Positions 8,840 to 18,277 of a stretch of DNA of 62,666 nucleotides are shown in pieces. This stretch comes from an uncultured Elusimicrobiales bacterium (GTDB lineage: Bacteria > Elusimicrobiota > Endomicrobiia > Endomicrobiales > CAIRNS01), in assembly GCA_964577205.1 (NCBI GenBank), contig CAZNYG010000002.1:3757-66422 (forward strand), in the 5' to 3' direction. The number at the start of each line of letters is the position of its first letter. The stretch's first letter is position 1. Under the pieces are notes generated by a model. That model searched no databases. It worked only from the letters and a program-made list of their open reading frames with translations, and was not told the origin of the DNA. The translations under genes were made by a program, and so were the position numbers.

Positions 8840-9668
8840 TTGCCGCCAGCGCCTTCAGCAGCGCTTTTTTCATCACTTCTACCGGGGCTTTCATGCCGGT
8901 CATAAGCTCGAACGCGCGGGTCCCCTGGTGCAGCAGCATGCCCAGGCCTCCCCGAACGGTGCATCCGGACTTTTTTGCCTGGGCCATGAACCGCGTGGTA
9001 CGATGATAAACAAGATCGTAGGCAAACAGCCCGCGGGGCAAGCCTATCCCCGCCACCGGCGATGGATCCCCGGCCTGAAGGCCTAAAGACGTTGCGTTTA
9101 CCAGCAGGTCAGCTTCCGGGAGACGGCGCGCGATCTCTTTACGCGGGACGAACACGCCGGAACGTACTGTTTTTGCCAGCCGCCTGCCCCTGTTTTCGTT
9201 CCTGTTGACCACTAAGACCTTCTTGACACCCGCGCCATGCAGCGCGTACACTACAGCCCGCGCCGCCCCGCCAGCTCCCAGCACCATCGCGATCTTTCCC
9301 CGGGGTGAAAAACCGCCGTCCGAAAGATCCCTGAGAAAGCCTTCCGCGTCGGTGTTGTATCCGGTCAGCTTTCCCCGCGCGTTGACAATGGTGTTGACGC
9401 TGCCTATCCGCCGCGCCATGGCATCGGTGCGGTCCAGGAACGGGATCACCGCTTTCTTGTGAGGAACGGTGACGTTCACGCCGATGAAACCCAGCGTCCG
9501 GATGCCCTTTACCGCGTCCCGCAGATGGGCGGCATCCACGGGGAACGGCAGATAGACGCAGGGAATGCCCAGGGAACGGAAACCGGCATTGTGCATTGCC
9601 GGAGAAAGGGTATGCCCCAGAGGCCATCCAAGAATTCCCGCCATGGACGGTTTATCGGTTCTTTTCAT
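8835..9668 (-). CDS. aroE: Shikimate dehydrogenase
   Basis: GILGWPLGHTLSPAMHNAGF N-terminal motif, NTD motif (GYNTDAEGF) and GAGGAARA NADP-binding motif. Confidence 0.9.
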   Translation of the reverse strand: MKRTDKPSMAGILGWPLGHTLSPAMHNAGFRSLGIPCVYLPFPVDAAHLRDAVKGIRTLGFIGVNVTVPHKKAVIPFLDRTDAMARRIGSVNTIVNARGKLTGYNTDAEGFLRDLSDGGFSPRGKIAMVLGAGGAARAVVYALHGAGVKKVLVVNRNENRGRRLAKTVRSGVFVPRKEIARRLPEADLLVNATSLGLQAGDPSPVAGIGLPRGLFAYDLVYHRTTRFMAQAKKSGCTVRGGLGMLLHQGTRAFELMTGMKAPVEVMKKALLKALAAT

Positions 9669-10231
9669 TGCGCGGCGCCGGAAGGGAAATGCCTCTGTAT
9701 CTCATGGTCGTTCGGGTTCTTCCGCAGGAGTTTCTTCCACAGCTGGCGCGCTTTTTTCTTGTCGCCTTTCGCGTCATACGTGTAGGCAAGGCGTTTCATT
9801 ACTTCAGTGTTTTCCGGGTAGGCTTTCAATATCCGGTCGTATTTCTCGATCGCGCTGTCGTAGCGCTCGGTACAATGATCCTGCATCGCCATGTACATGA
9901 GGAATTTTGTCGATTCGTTCGTCCACTGGTCTTTACTCCGGATGTTCACCCACTCGGTCAGCGAAGAGAAGGCCATAAAGAGCGCCACGAAGGAAAGGCA
10001 GAAAAAAAGAATGGACAGTTTTTTCCGGTCGAGCAGGACGCGCCGGTCGTTGAAAAGCGCTTCCCGGGCGATCCGGTTCATGCTGATCACCAGGTTGGAT
10101 TTGTACAGGTACATCCACCCTAAGAAGAAAAACAGGATACCGAAAGCGAACTTTAAGAAGATCATTTTGATCCGGGCGGCGCTGGCCGGAGCAGCCGGTA
10201 CTTGTGCCCGCGCCGCGGTATTTCCGATCAT
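9665..10231 (-). CDS. Small membrane protein with C-terminal TPR-like repeats
   Basis: Two hydrophobic helices followed by AIEKYDRILKAYPENTEVMKRLAYTYDAKGDKKKARQLWKKLL. The start is uncertain; Met23 at 10165 is an alternative. It overlaps the aroE start by 4 nt. Confidence 0.55.
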   Translation of the reverse strand: MIGNTAARAQVPAAPASAARIKMIFLKFAFGILFFFLGWMYLYKSNLVISMNRIAREALFNDRRVLLDRKKLSILFFCLSFVALFMAFSSLTEWVNIRSKDQWTNESTKFLMYMAMQDHCTERYDSAIEKYDRILKAYPENTEVMKRLAYTYDAKGDKKKARQLWKKLLRKNPNDHEIQRHFPSGAAQ

Positions 10232-10352
10232 TGTACTAAAATGTGGTTGAGACTGTCAACGGATCTTTCTGAAGGAATTCCGTTAAAATTGAATATTTTT
10301 ATCAATTGCGCGATCCCCGCGCGGGACGTGCCGTCCGCGGTTTTCTCGCGGT

Positions 10353-10381
10353 TTGACATTAATAAGAGAATAAGATAGAAT
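10353..10381 (+). promoter_or_regulatory. Sigma70-like promoter for the DUF4912/GH57 genes
   Basis: TTGACA (10353-10358), a 17-nt spacer, then TAGAAT (10376-10381). Confidence 0.55.
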
Positions 10382-10476
10382 GAAATTTGAAACGATTTTT
10401 GCGGCAGGACCTCTGCCGGGGCGGGAATGCCGCGCAATGTTCGATACATTGCCGAAGGCAAGAAGGAGGGACGGTT

Positions 10477-11343
10477 ATGTATGAGAATGCCAGTTCGAAA
10501 ATGAAAGGCGCGCCGACTGCCGCGCAGTTCATCGATCAAACCGGTTTGCCGAAAACGTACGGAGAAACGAGGGTGGCTATCCTGCCCCGCGATCCCGTAT
10601 GGCTGTATTCCTACTGGGAAGTTGCCCCGGAAGCGATGAACGAAGCGCGGAAAAAAGTCGGAGAACAGCGTTTCAACGCGAGCCGGTGGGTCCTTCGCGT
10701 CCACGATGTGACGGGGGTGCGTTTCAACGGGTCGAACTCGCATCGCAATTTCGATATCATCATCAATCCTCAGTCCGACAACTGGTACGTGAACGTCGGA
10801 GAGGTCAATCGTTCCTGGTGCGTCGACCTGGGTTTCATGACGCCGGATGGTGAATTCGTTCTCATTGCCCGTTCAAATATACTGAACATGCCCCGCCAGG
10901 GCGTGTCGCCGATCACTGACGAACAGTGGGCCATCCTGCAGCAGGAGTTCGAACGCCTGCTCCGGCTTTCCGGCGTTGAACAGATAGGCAAGAGCTCGTT
11001 CGACATCGCCAAACTGATGCGGGAACGCTGGGAAGAGATCGTGTCGTTGTCTCTTCCGACGTCGCCGGGCGGCGCCAGTTCATGGCGCGGCATGACATCG
11101 GAAGAGGCCAAACCGAAAAATTTCTGGCTGAAGGCCGATACGGAACTGATCGTTTACGGCGCGACGGAGCCCGACGCGAACCTGACGGTCCAGGGGCAGC
11201 CCGTGGCGCTGCGTCAGGACGGCACGTTCTCTCTTCGGTTCTATCTGCCGGACGGCGATCAGGAATACCCGATCGAAGCCACGTCCGCCGACGGCACGAT
11301 GAAACGGCAGATCACATTCGTGGTCACGCGGGAAACGCGCTGA
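10477..11343 (+). CDS. DUF4912 domain protein
   Basis: LPKTYGETRVAILPRDPVWLYSYWEV is the N-terminal signature I associate with DUF4912. The ATG at 10477 is preceded by AAGGAGGG, so the ORF-track start at 10387 is unlikely. Confidence 0.75.
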   Translation: MYENASSKMKGAPTAAQFIDQTGLPKTYGETRVAILPRDPVWLYSYWEVAPEAMNEARKKVGEQRFNASRWVLRVHDVTGVRFNGSNSHRNFDIIINPQSDNWYVNVGEVNRSWCVDLGFMTPDGEFVLIARSNILNMPRQGVSPITDEQWAILQQEFERLLRLSGVEQIGKSSFDIAKLMRERWEEIVSLSLPTSPGGASSWRGMTSEEAKPKNFWLKADTELIVYGATEPDANLTVQGQPVALRQDGTFSLRFYLPDGDQEYPIEATSADGTMKRQITFVVTRETR

Positions 11344-11371
11344 TCCCGTGTCCCGCGCGAACGCCTCAGGG

Positions 11372-11435
11372 CAGTTACTGTTGACAGTGGGCGGCAAGCA
11401 GCTTTCAGTTGCTCTCCTTCCACTGTCACTGTTCG
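11372..11435. repeat. Inverted pair of cagt/gac word arrays (family G) in the DUF4912-GH57 spacer
   Basis: cagttactgttgacagtgg (11372-11390) and ccactgtcactgttcg (11420-11435). The 9-bp perfect core is ttgacagtg/ccactgtca. Confidence 0.6.
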
Positions 11436-11516
11436 TTAAAGAAACAACGGCGGCGAAGACTTTAATAATCGCATGAAGCGCGTTTTCCCGCTTCGTGATA
11501 CCCGGGTGAGAGTGAA

Positions 11517-13106
11517 ATGAAACCAAAAGGATACTGGTGCCTACAGCTGCACGCGCATCTGCCGTATGTCCGCCATCCCGAATACCCCGATTTTCTTGAA
11601 GAAGACTGGCTGTATGAAGGTATAACCGAGACGTACCTGCCTGTCCTGTCGATCCTCGAGCGTTTCATGGCCGAAGGCATCGATTTCCGCCTTACCATGA
11701 CGATAACGCCGTCGCTCGCGGGGATGCTGTCGGATCCGCTGCTGCAGGAACGCTATTACCGCCGGCTCAACGGCCTTATCGACCTTTCGGAAAAGGAACT
11801 GTGGCGCACGAGGAGCCTTCCGGAATTCCATCAGTCCGCGAAGATGTACGAGCGCCAGCTGAAAGAGTGCCGCCGGCTGTGGGAAAAATATCACGGCAAC
11901 ATCCTGGCCGGTTTCAAAAACCTGCAGGACGCGGGCAGGCTTGAGATCATCACCTGCTGCGCCACTCACGGTTTCCTGCCGCTGACGCTTGATAAAGCCG
12001 CGATACGCGCCCAGGTCAAGGTGGCCTGCCAGGATTATGAGCGCCATTTCGGCCGCCAGCCCCGTGGCATATGGCTCGCGGAATGCGCCTACACGCCCGG
12101 TATCGATGAGGAGCTGAAAAAGCAGGGCATCCGCTATTTCTTCCTTGAGGCGCACGGCATCCTTTACGGGACGCCGCGCCCGCGCTACGGCGTGTTCGCG
12201 CCGGTGTACTGCCCCTCGGGAGTCGCCGCTTTCGGCCGCGACATGGAAACCGCCCATCAGGTATGGAGCGCGGACACCGGGTATCCCGGCGACCCGGATT
12301 ATCGGGAATTCTACCGCGACCTCGGGTACGACCTCGATTACGATTACATCAGGCCGTACCTGCATGAAGACGGCGTGCGGCGCAATATAGGATTGAAGTA
12401 CCATCGCATCACCGGCAAAGTCGGGCTGAGCGATAAACAGCCGTACAACCCGGAGTGGGCGAAGAACAAGGCGGCGAGCCACGCCGGCAATTTCCTGTTC
12501 AACCGCGAGAAACAGATCGACTATCTTTCCGGCGTTCTCGGCCGGGAACCGATCGTTATCTCCATGTACGATGCCGAGCTGTTCGGCCACTGGTGGTTCG
12601 AAGGGCCGCAGTTCCTGGATTTCCTGTTCCGCAAGATACATCATGACCAGAACACGTTCAAGACCATAACGCCGAGCGAGTATCTTGAGAAATACCCCAA
12701 GAACCAGGTGATCACGCCCGCGGCTTCGTCATGGGGCGACAAGGGGTATTACGAGGTGTGGCTGAACGGGACCAACGACTGGATCTACCGCCATCTGCAC
12801 AAGGCGCTGGAACGCATGGTGGAACTGACCCGCGAAAATCCGTCGGCAGAAGGGCTGCGCCGCCGTTCCCTGAACCAGGCGGCGCGCGAGCTGCTGCTGG
12901 CGCAGTCGTCCGACTGGGCCTTCATCATGACTACGCGCACGATGGTCGAGTATGCCGAGAAACGCACCCGCGACCATATCGCGAACTTCACCGCTCTTTA
13001 CGAACAGATAAAGCGCGGCGCCGTCGATGAAAGGTACCTCGGTGATCTGGAATACCGTAACAATATTTTCCCGGAGATCGACTACAACGTTTTCCGGCAG
13101 GAGTGA
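11517..13106 (+). CDS. Glycoside hydrolase family 57 protein (DUF1957-type 1,4-alpha-glucan branching enzyme)
   Basis: N-terminus GYWCLQLHAHLPYVRHPE, ECAY region and EWAKNKAASHAGNF, which are typical of GH57 branching enzymes. Size is about 530 aa. Confidence 0.85.
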   Translation: MKPKGYWCLQLHAHLPYVRHPEYPDFLEEDWLYEGITETYLPVLSILERFMAEGIDFRLTMTITPSLAGMLSDPLLQERYYRRLNGLIDLSEKELWRTRSLPEFHQSAKMYERQLKECRRLWEKYHGNILAGFKNLQDAGRLEIITCCATHGFLPLTLDKAAIRAQVKVACQDYERHFGRQPRGIWLAECAYTPGIDEELKKQGIRYFFLEAHGILYGTPRPRYGVFAPVYCPSGVAAFGRDMETAHQVWSADTGYPGDPDYREFYRDLGYDLDYDYIRPYLHEDGVRRNIGLKYHRITGKVGLSDKQPYNPEWAKNKAASHAGNFLFNREKQIDYLSGVLGREPIVISMYDAELFGHWWFEGPQFLDFLFRKIHHDQNTFKTITPSEYLEKYPKNQVITPAASSWGDKGYYEVWLNGTNDWIYRHLHKALERMVELTRENPSAEGLRRRSLNQAARELLLAQSSDWAFIMTTRTMVEYAEKRTRDHIANFTALYEQIKRGAVDERYLGDLEYRNNIFPEIDYNVFRQE

Positions 13107-13166
13107 TGATGAGTTTCAGCGCGCCGCGGCCTGGTGCCGCGATGCTGTGATGTCATCCGGCCCCCT

Positions 13167-14405
13167 ATGAACATCCTGTTTATTGTCCTGCTGCTGTTGC
13201 TGATCATCACCTGGGCGGCGGTCATCCGCCAGCGGCGCATCTTCCTTCGCAAGGAGCAGAAGTACGTCAGAAAGGTCAAGGACGCGCAGTCCAGGCTTCA
13301 GGAGAATATCGCCGACCTTGACAACCTGATCGTCATGCTGGTTGGCATCCACGAGTTCGGGATGATGGCTACGGGCATCATATCCAAGGAAGAGCTGTCG
13401 CAGTCGGTCATTGATTCCGCCTGCAGGCTGATCCGGTCCGATGCCGGGTCTCTGATGATCCTGAACCGCGACACCAACGAGCTGATGATCGCCGCTTCGC
13501 GCGGCCTGCCGCAGGATGTGGTCGATTCGACCCGCATTCCGCTCGGCGAGGGTGTCGCGGGCCGCGTCGCGCAGACGGGCAAGGCGATCTTCGTCGAGGA
13601 TATAGAGACCGATGCCCGCTTCCTGCGTTCCAACAGCGCGGCGCGGTACACGTCCCGGTCGTTCATCTCGGTGCCCCTGCGGGTCAAGAACCGCATTATC
13701 GGCGTGTTGAACGTCAATTCCCCGGAAGCGGACCGCCGGTTCGAAGAGCGGGACGTCCGCCTGCTGACCATCCTTGCCGACCAGGCCGCCATAACGCTGG
13801 AAAACATCGAGCTCTACGATAACCTGCAGAACTTTTACCTGGAAATGGTGCAGACGCTTGCGCGCGCGATCGACGCGAAGGACGAGTACACGCATGACCA
13901 CGCCGACCGCGCCCGCCGTTACGCGCGCCTTATCGCCTACCGGCTCAACCTGCCGGAAGCGATGGTGCGCCATATCGAATACGCCGCGCTCATGCACGAT
14001 ATCGGCAAGATCGGCATCGATGAAAAGATCCTTCACAAACCCGGAAGGCTTACGGACGAAGAGCGGGAAATAATCAAGAAGCATCCATCCATAGGGAACC
14101 GCATAATAGCTCCCGTGGCATTCCTCTCGCCGGTGGCTCCCATGGTGCTGTATCATCAGGAATGGTATAACGGGCAGGGATATCCCGAAGGCCTGTCGGG
14201 GGAAGAGATACCGCTCGGCGCGCGCATCGTCGCCGTGATCGATACATTCGACGCGATGACATCGGACCGGCCCTACCGCAAAGCGCTTCCCCGAGAAGTC
14301 GCGATCGAAGAGCTGAAGAAAGGGTGCGGGACACAGTTCGACGCGCGCGTCGTCAACGCGTTCCTGGAGATCCTGAAGGAAGAAGAGAGACAGGAGAAGG
14401 GATAA
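13167..14405 (+). CDS. Membrane-anchored GAF plus HD-GYP domain protein (putative c-di-GMP phosphodiesterase)
   Basis: N-terminal TM helix, a GAF-like region (GVAGRVAQTGKAIFVEDIETD) and HD-GYP motifs HDHADRARRYA, HDIGKIGI and GQGYPEG. The alternative GTG start is at 13134. Confidence 0.85.
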   Translation: MNILFIVLLLLLIITWAAVIRQRRIFLRKEQKYVRKVKDAQSRLQENIADLDNLIVMLVGIHEFGMMATGIISKEELSQSVIDSACRLIRSDAGSLMILNRDTNELMIAASRGLPQDVVDSTRIPLGEGVAGRVAQTGKAIFVEDIETDARFLRSNSAARYTSRSFISVPLRVKNRIIGVLNVNSPEADRRFEERDVRLLTILADQAAITLENIELYDNLQNFYLEMVQTLARAIDAKDEYTHDHADRARRYARLIAYRLNLPEAMVRHIEYAALMHDIGKIGIDEKILHKPGRLTDEEREIIKKHPSIGNRIIAPVAFLSPVAPMVLYHQEWYNGQGYPEGLSGEEIPLGARIVAVIDTFDAMTSDRPYRKALPREVAIEELKKGCGTQFDARVVNAFLEILKEEERQEKG

Positions 14406-14443
14406 GGACTTCCGCAACCGCAGTAACCTTCCGTCCCCTCGCT

Positions 14444-15196
14444 ATGAATCAGGGAATGCTGTACATAGTTCCTACGCCCATCGGCAACCTGGACGACATC
14501 ACCTGTCGGGGCCTTTCGGTACTTCGCGATGTCGACCTGATCGTGTGCGAGGACACGCGGCAGACGGTCAAGCTTCTGAACCATTACGGCATCAAAAAGC
14601 CGCTGGTCAGTTTCTACACCCAGAACCAGTACCGGCGCCTGCCGGAGATAACGCGCCATCTGATGGAAGGCAAAAAGATCGCGCTCGTTTCCGACAGCGG
14701 CACTCCGGTCATATCCGATCCGGGGGCGGCGCTGGTGGCGAAAGCGGTCGAAGAAGGTTTCTCCGTCGTGCCGCTGCCCGGCCCCTGCGCCGCGGTTACC
14801 GCGTTGAGCGCGTCCGGGCTGCCGAGCGACGGTTTTGTCTTTCTGGGTTTTCTGAAACGCAAACCCGGCAAGATGAAGAAGGAACTGCGGGCCGCCGCCG
14901 CCGCGGGCAAGACGATCGTTTTTTATGAATCGCCGTACCGGGTAAAGAAAACGGTCTCCCTTTTGCGTGAGCTGTTCCCCGGGGAAACCCCCGTGGCGCT
15001 GGCGCGGGAGTTGACGAAAAAATTCGAAGAATTCATCAGGGGAACGCTGGATGAGGTTATTGCCGCCATCGCGGAGCGCGACCTCCCCGGCGAATTCGTG
15101 GTCCTGATAGCGCCGGTAAACAGTGACCAGTTACCAGTGGCCAGTGACCATGACGGCAACGACAACGGCGAAAGCCCCGGATCAACGGCGGAATAA
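14444..15196 (+). CDS. rsmI: 16S rRNA (cytidine1402-2'-O)-methyltransferase
   Basis: LYIVPTPIGNLDDIT and CEDTR motifs (tetrapyrrole-methylase fold). The conserved part ends near 15115. The last ~27 codons read through a heptamer repeat array. Confidence 0.9.
   Translation: MNQGMLYIVPTPIGNLDDITCRGLSVLRDVDLIVCEDTRQTVKLLNHYGIKKPLVSFYTQNQYRRLPEITRHLMEGKKIALVSDSGTPVISDPGAALVAKAVEEGFSVVPLPGPCAAVTALSASGLPSDGFVFLGFLKRKPGKMKKELRAAAAAGKTIVFYESPYRVKKTVSLLRELFPGETPVALARELTKKFEEFIRGTLDEVIAAIAERDLPGEFVVLIAPVNSDQLPVASDHDGNDNGESPGSTAE
15121..15154. repeat. Heptamer array cagtgac x5 (family G) inside the 3' end of the rsmI reading frame
   Basis: cagtgac cagttac cagtggc cagtgac catgac. Confidence 0.75.
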
Positions 15197-15208
15197 AAAG
15201 GTAAGACC

Positions 15209-16228
15209 ATGAGCAGAATAGGCATTGTAGGCATAACGGGATACACGGGCGAAGAGCTCCTGAAGATCCTTTCGCGGCATCCGGGGGTTTCCATAAGCGT
15301 CCTCGCGGGACGGTCCACCGGCGAAACGAGGCCGGTCGCGGAGATCTATCCCCATCTTGCGCATCTCGATCTCACGTGCGAGGCGCTGAACGTCAAGAGC
15401 ATGGCGGAGCGGGCGGATATCGTTTTCCTCGCGCTGCCCCACCGGGTATCTTTCGAGATCGCGCCCGCGTTGATAAAGGCGGGCTTGAAGGTTATCGATC
15501 TTTCAGCCGATTTCCGGTTGAACAGCGCCGATGAGTACGAAAAGTGGTACGGCAGCGCGCATACCGCGGCATCGCTCCTTCCGGAGGCGGTGTACGGCCT
15601 CCCTGAATTGTACCGGGACCGGATCCGGAAGGCTTCACTGATCGCTAACCCGGGGTGCTATCCAACGACGATCCTGCTGGGCTGCGCTCCGGCCATACGG
15701 CACGGCATAGTTGACCTGTCCTCCATAATCGTGGACGCGAAAAGCGGCATTTCCGGCGCGGGACGCAAAGCCGTGACGGAATACTTCAAAAGCGAGCATC
15801 CCAATCTCAGGCCGTACAATATCGCCGGAGGGCACAGGCATATACCCGAGATCGAACAGGAACTGTCGCGCATGGCGGGCAAAAAGATCGTCATCACGTT
15901 CACACCGCATATCATTCCAATGGAACGGGGCATGCTTTCGACGATATACATGAACCTGACGAAAAAAGTATCGTCCGCCGAGGCGCTGGCCTTCTATAAG
16001 GAAGCGTACCGCGGAGAGCCGTTCGTCAGGATCCTGCCGGAAGGCGAGATCCCGCGGGTCAACGCGATGGTGAACACCAATTTCTGCGACATAGGGCTCA
16101 AGGTGGACGAGCGGACCGGCAGGCTCATCGTGGTCTCATCCATCGATAACCTTGTCAAAGGAGCGTCCGGCCAGGCCGTCCAGAACATGAACATCATGCT
16201 GGGAGTAGAAGAGACAACAGCATTGTAA
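15209..16228 (+). CDS. argC: N-acetyl-gamma-glutamyl-phosphate reductase
   Basis: GITGYTGEELLKIL NAD-binding N-terminus and the catalytic-Cys motif NPGCYPT. Confidence 0.93.
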   Translation: MSRIGIVGITGYTGEELLKILSRHPGVSISVLAGRSTGETRPVAEIYPHLAHLDLTCEALNVKSMAERADIVFLALPHRVSFEIAPALIKAGLKVIDLSADFRLNSADEYEKWYGSAHTAASLLPEAVYGLPELYRDRIRKASLIANPGCYPTTILLGCAPAIRHGIVDLSSIIVDAKSGISGAGRKAVTEYFKSEHPNLRPYNIAGGHRHIPEIEQELSRMAGKKIVITFTPHIIPMERGMLSTIYMNLTKKVSSAEALAFYKEAYRGEPFVRILPEGEIPRVNAMVNTNFCDIGLKVDERTGRLIVVSSIDNLVKGASGQAVQNMNIMLGVEETTAL

Positions 16229-16327
16229 AATGAAAAATGTAAAGTGAAAATGTAAAACACAAAACGAATAAAACAAACACGAAAGGCGGAATCTGTTGCT
16301 CTGGTCGTACCATTTTTCATTTCACAC
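16224..16327. repeat. Inverted pair of atgtaaaa/atgaaaa word arrays (family D) spanning the argC-argJ spacer
   Basis: Left arm tgtaaaatgaaaaatgtaaagtgaaaatgtaaaac (16224-16258) contains the argC TAA stop. Right arm catttttcatttcacac (16311-16327). The 11-bp perfect complement is aatgaaaaatg/catttttcatt. Confidence 0.8.
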
Positions 16328-16351
16328 TCTACCTTTATAAATGAGGTTTCC

Positions 16352-17557
16352 ATGCTTCCTAAAGGGTTTATCGCGCAGGGGGTACATGGGGGGATCGCAA
16401 AAAAGAAGGACAAGAAGGATATCGCGCTTTTTTATTCGGAGCTTCCGGCGACGGTTGCCGGCATGCTGACGGGAAACCTCGTTAAGGCGGCTCCCGTCCT
16501 TGTCTGCCGGGACCGTCTTGAAAAGACAGCGGAAGGATACCGCGCGATCGTCGCGAACTCCGGATGCGCCAACGCCTGTACCGGCGGCCGGGGGCAAAAG
16601 GATGCCTTGACGATGTGCGCTGACGCCGCCGCCGCGCTGGATGTGCGGCCGGAAAACGTCCTTGTCGCGTCCACCGGCGTCATCGGGCAGCGCCTCCCGA
16701 TGGGGCGGGTACGGGACGGCATACAAGCGCTGGCGGGATCCCTCCGGGGAAAAGGATCAGACGAAACAAACGCGGTGGCGGCGATCATGACCACCGACAC
16801 GTTCCCAAAAACAGCCCGGCGTTCGGTGGTTTGCGGCGGGAAAAGAATAACGGTGTGGGGCTGCGCTAAAGGCGCGGGCATGATCCATCCGGACCTTAAG
16901 GCGCTGCACGCGACCATGCTTTCTTTCGTGCTGACGGACGCGTCTGTCGAAGCGAAGGCGCTCGACGAGGCGCTGCGCGCTGCGGCCGCCGGCTCGTTCA
17001 ACTGCGTGTCCGTCGACGGCGATACGTCCACCAATGATACCCTGCTGCTCATGGCGAACGGCGCCGCGGAGAACCGTACGGTTACCCGGAAGAGCCGTGA
17101 TTTTAAAGTGTTTTTAAACGCGGTCAGCGCCGTATGCCTTGACCTCGCGAAAATGATAGCCCGGGACGGCGAAGGCGCGACGCGCCTGGTGGAGATCCGC
17201 GTGAAGAACGCGGGCAGCGCCGCCGCCGCTCACCGTATCGCCGCGACTATCGCCACGTCGCCGCTGGTCAAGACGGCCGTATTCGGTAACGATGCCAACT
17301 GGGGGCGCGTTATCGCCGCCGCCGGAAGGGCCGGAGTGCCTTTTGATCCGGATACCGTGGATATCGCCTTATGCGGTATGACGGTCGCCCGCCGCGGCAT
17401 GGCGGTAGCGTTCTCCGAGGAAAAAGCGAAACGGCTGCTTGCCCGCAAAGAGATCTCCATCAGCGTCGACCTTCGCAAGGGCCCCGGATCCGCCGTCTAT
17501 TACACCTGTGATCTTTCGTTCGATTATGTGAAGATAAACGCGAGTTACAGGAGCTAA
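16352..17557 (+). CDS. argJ: Bifunctional ornithine acetyltransferase / N-acetylglutamate synthase
   Basis: Autoproteolytic site region ATMLSFVLTDA, GCAKGAGMIHP and the C-terminal INASYRS. Confidence 0.93.
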   Translation: MLPKGFIAQGVHGGIAKKKDKKDIALFYSELPATVAGMLTGNLVKAAPVLVCRDRLEKTAEGYRAIVANSGCANACTGGRGQKDALTMCADAAAALDVRPENVLVASTGVIGQRLPMGRVRDGIQALAGSLRGKGSDETNAVAAIMTTDTFPKTARRSVVCGGKRITVWGCAKGAGMIHPDLKALHATMLSFVLTDASVEAKALDEALRAAAAGSFNCVSVDGDTSTNDTLLLMANGAAENRTVTRKSRDFKVFLNAVSAVCLDLAKMIARDGEGATRLVEIRVKNAGSAAAAHRIAATIATSPLVKTAVFGNDANWGRVIAAAGRAGVPFDPDTVDIALCGMTVARRGMAVAFSEEKAKRLLARKEISISVDLRKGPGSAVYYTCDLSFDYVKINASYRS

Positions 17558-17650
17558 ACAGCTCATAAGCTGACAAGCTCCTAAGCTCATAAGTACAAAA
17601 CGACAGCAATTTTTGTCCGTATGCCTTTGCTTATGAGCTTATGAGCTAAC
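17551..17650. repeat. Inverted pair of gctcataa octamer arrays (family E) spanning the argJ-tsaC spacer
   Basis: Left arm gagctaaacagctcataagctgacaagctcctaagctcataag (17551-17593) includes the argJ TAA stop. Right arm gcttatgagcttatgagctaac (17629-17650) directly abuts the tsaC ATG. Perfect complementary segments are 10-11 bp long. Confidence 0.8.
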
Positions 17651-18277
17651 ATGAAAACCCTCGTCGTGAAGATAGACAGAAAACATCCGGCAGCCTCCGC
17701 CGTTGAAAGGGCCGCGTCGGTATTGCGTGAAGGCGGTGTAGTGGTCATCCCTACCGATACCGTGTACGGGCTTGCCGCGAACGCGTTTGACAGGGAAGCA
17801 CAGAAGAAAATATACCGCCTTAAAGGACGGTCGTTCCGCAAACCGCTTATCATCATGCCGCCGGATGCCGAAGCGGCGCGCATGATAGCCGAGGTCTCCC
17901 GCGACGCGGCGAAACTGATGCGCCATTTCTGGCCCGGGCCGCTGACACTGGTACTGCCCGCCACCCGTCTCGGGAAGATGTTGATGGGCGGGCGGAGCGA
18001 TCTGGGCCTTCGCGTTCCGGCCGATCCGCTGGTCCGCTCGCTGGTCCGCGCCTGCGGTTTTCCGATAGCGACGACGAGCGCGAACCCCTCGGCTCAAAAA
18101 AGCGCGGTCAACGCTTCCATGGCCCGGAATTATTTCGATGGAAAGGCCGACATGATCCTTGACGCGGGGCCCTCCGACGCCGGAAGTCCATCCACGGTGA
18201 TCGATATGCTCAGGTTCCCGTACGTGGTGCTCCGCGAAGGATGCCTGAACAGCAAAAAGCTGCTGGATCACCTATGA
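17651..18277 (+). CDS. tsaC: L-threonylcarbamoyladenylate synthase (Sua5/YrdC/YwlC family)
   Basis: VVIPTDTVYGLAANAF, KGRSFRKPL and TSANPS motifs. Confidence 0.88.
   Translation: MKTLVVKIDRKHPAASAVERAASVLREGGVVVIPTDTVYGLAANAFDREAQKKIYRLKGRSFRKPLIIMPPDAEAARMIAEVSRDAAKLMRHFWPGPLTLVLPATRLGKMLMGGRSDLGLRVPADPLVRSLVRACGFPIATTSANPSAQKSAVNASMARNYFDGKADMILDAGPSDAGSPSTVIDMLRFPYVVLREGCLNSKKLLDHL

Noticed and set aside
10387-10476. N-terminal extensions implied by the ORF-track starts (10387, 14324, 18241, 20380, 21565, 27773, 28724, 36561, 38734, 39354, 43909, 45669, 49019, 56450, 57064, 60072)
   Set aside because: In each case an internal ATG or GTG gives the canonical family N-terminus. These internal starts usually have a Shine-Dalgarno sequence or an ATGA-type overlap with the upstream stop. 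The extensions are Arg-rich or read through repeat arrays.
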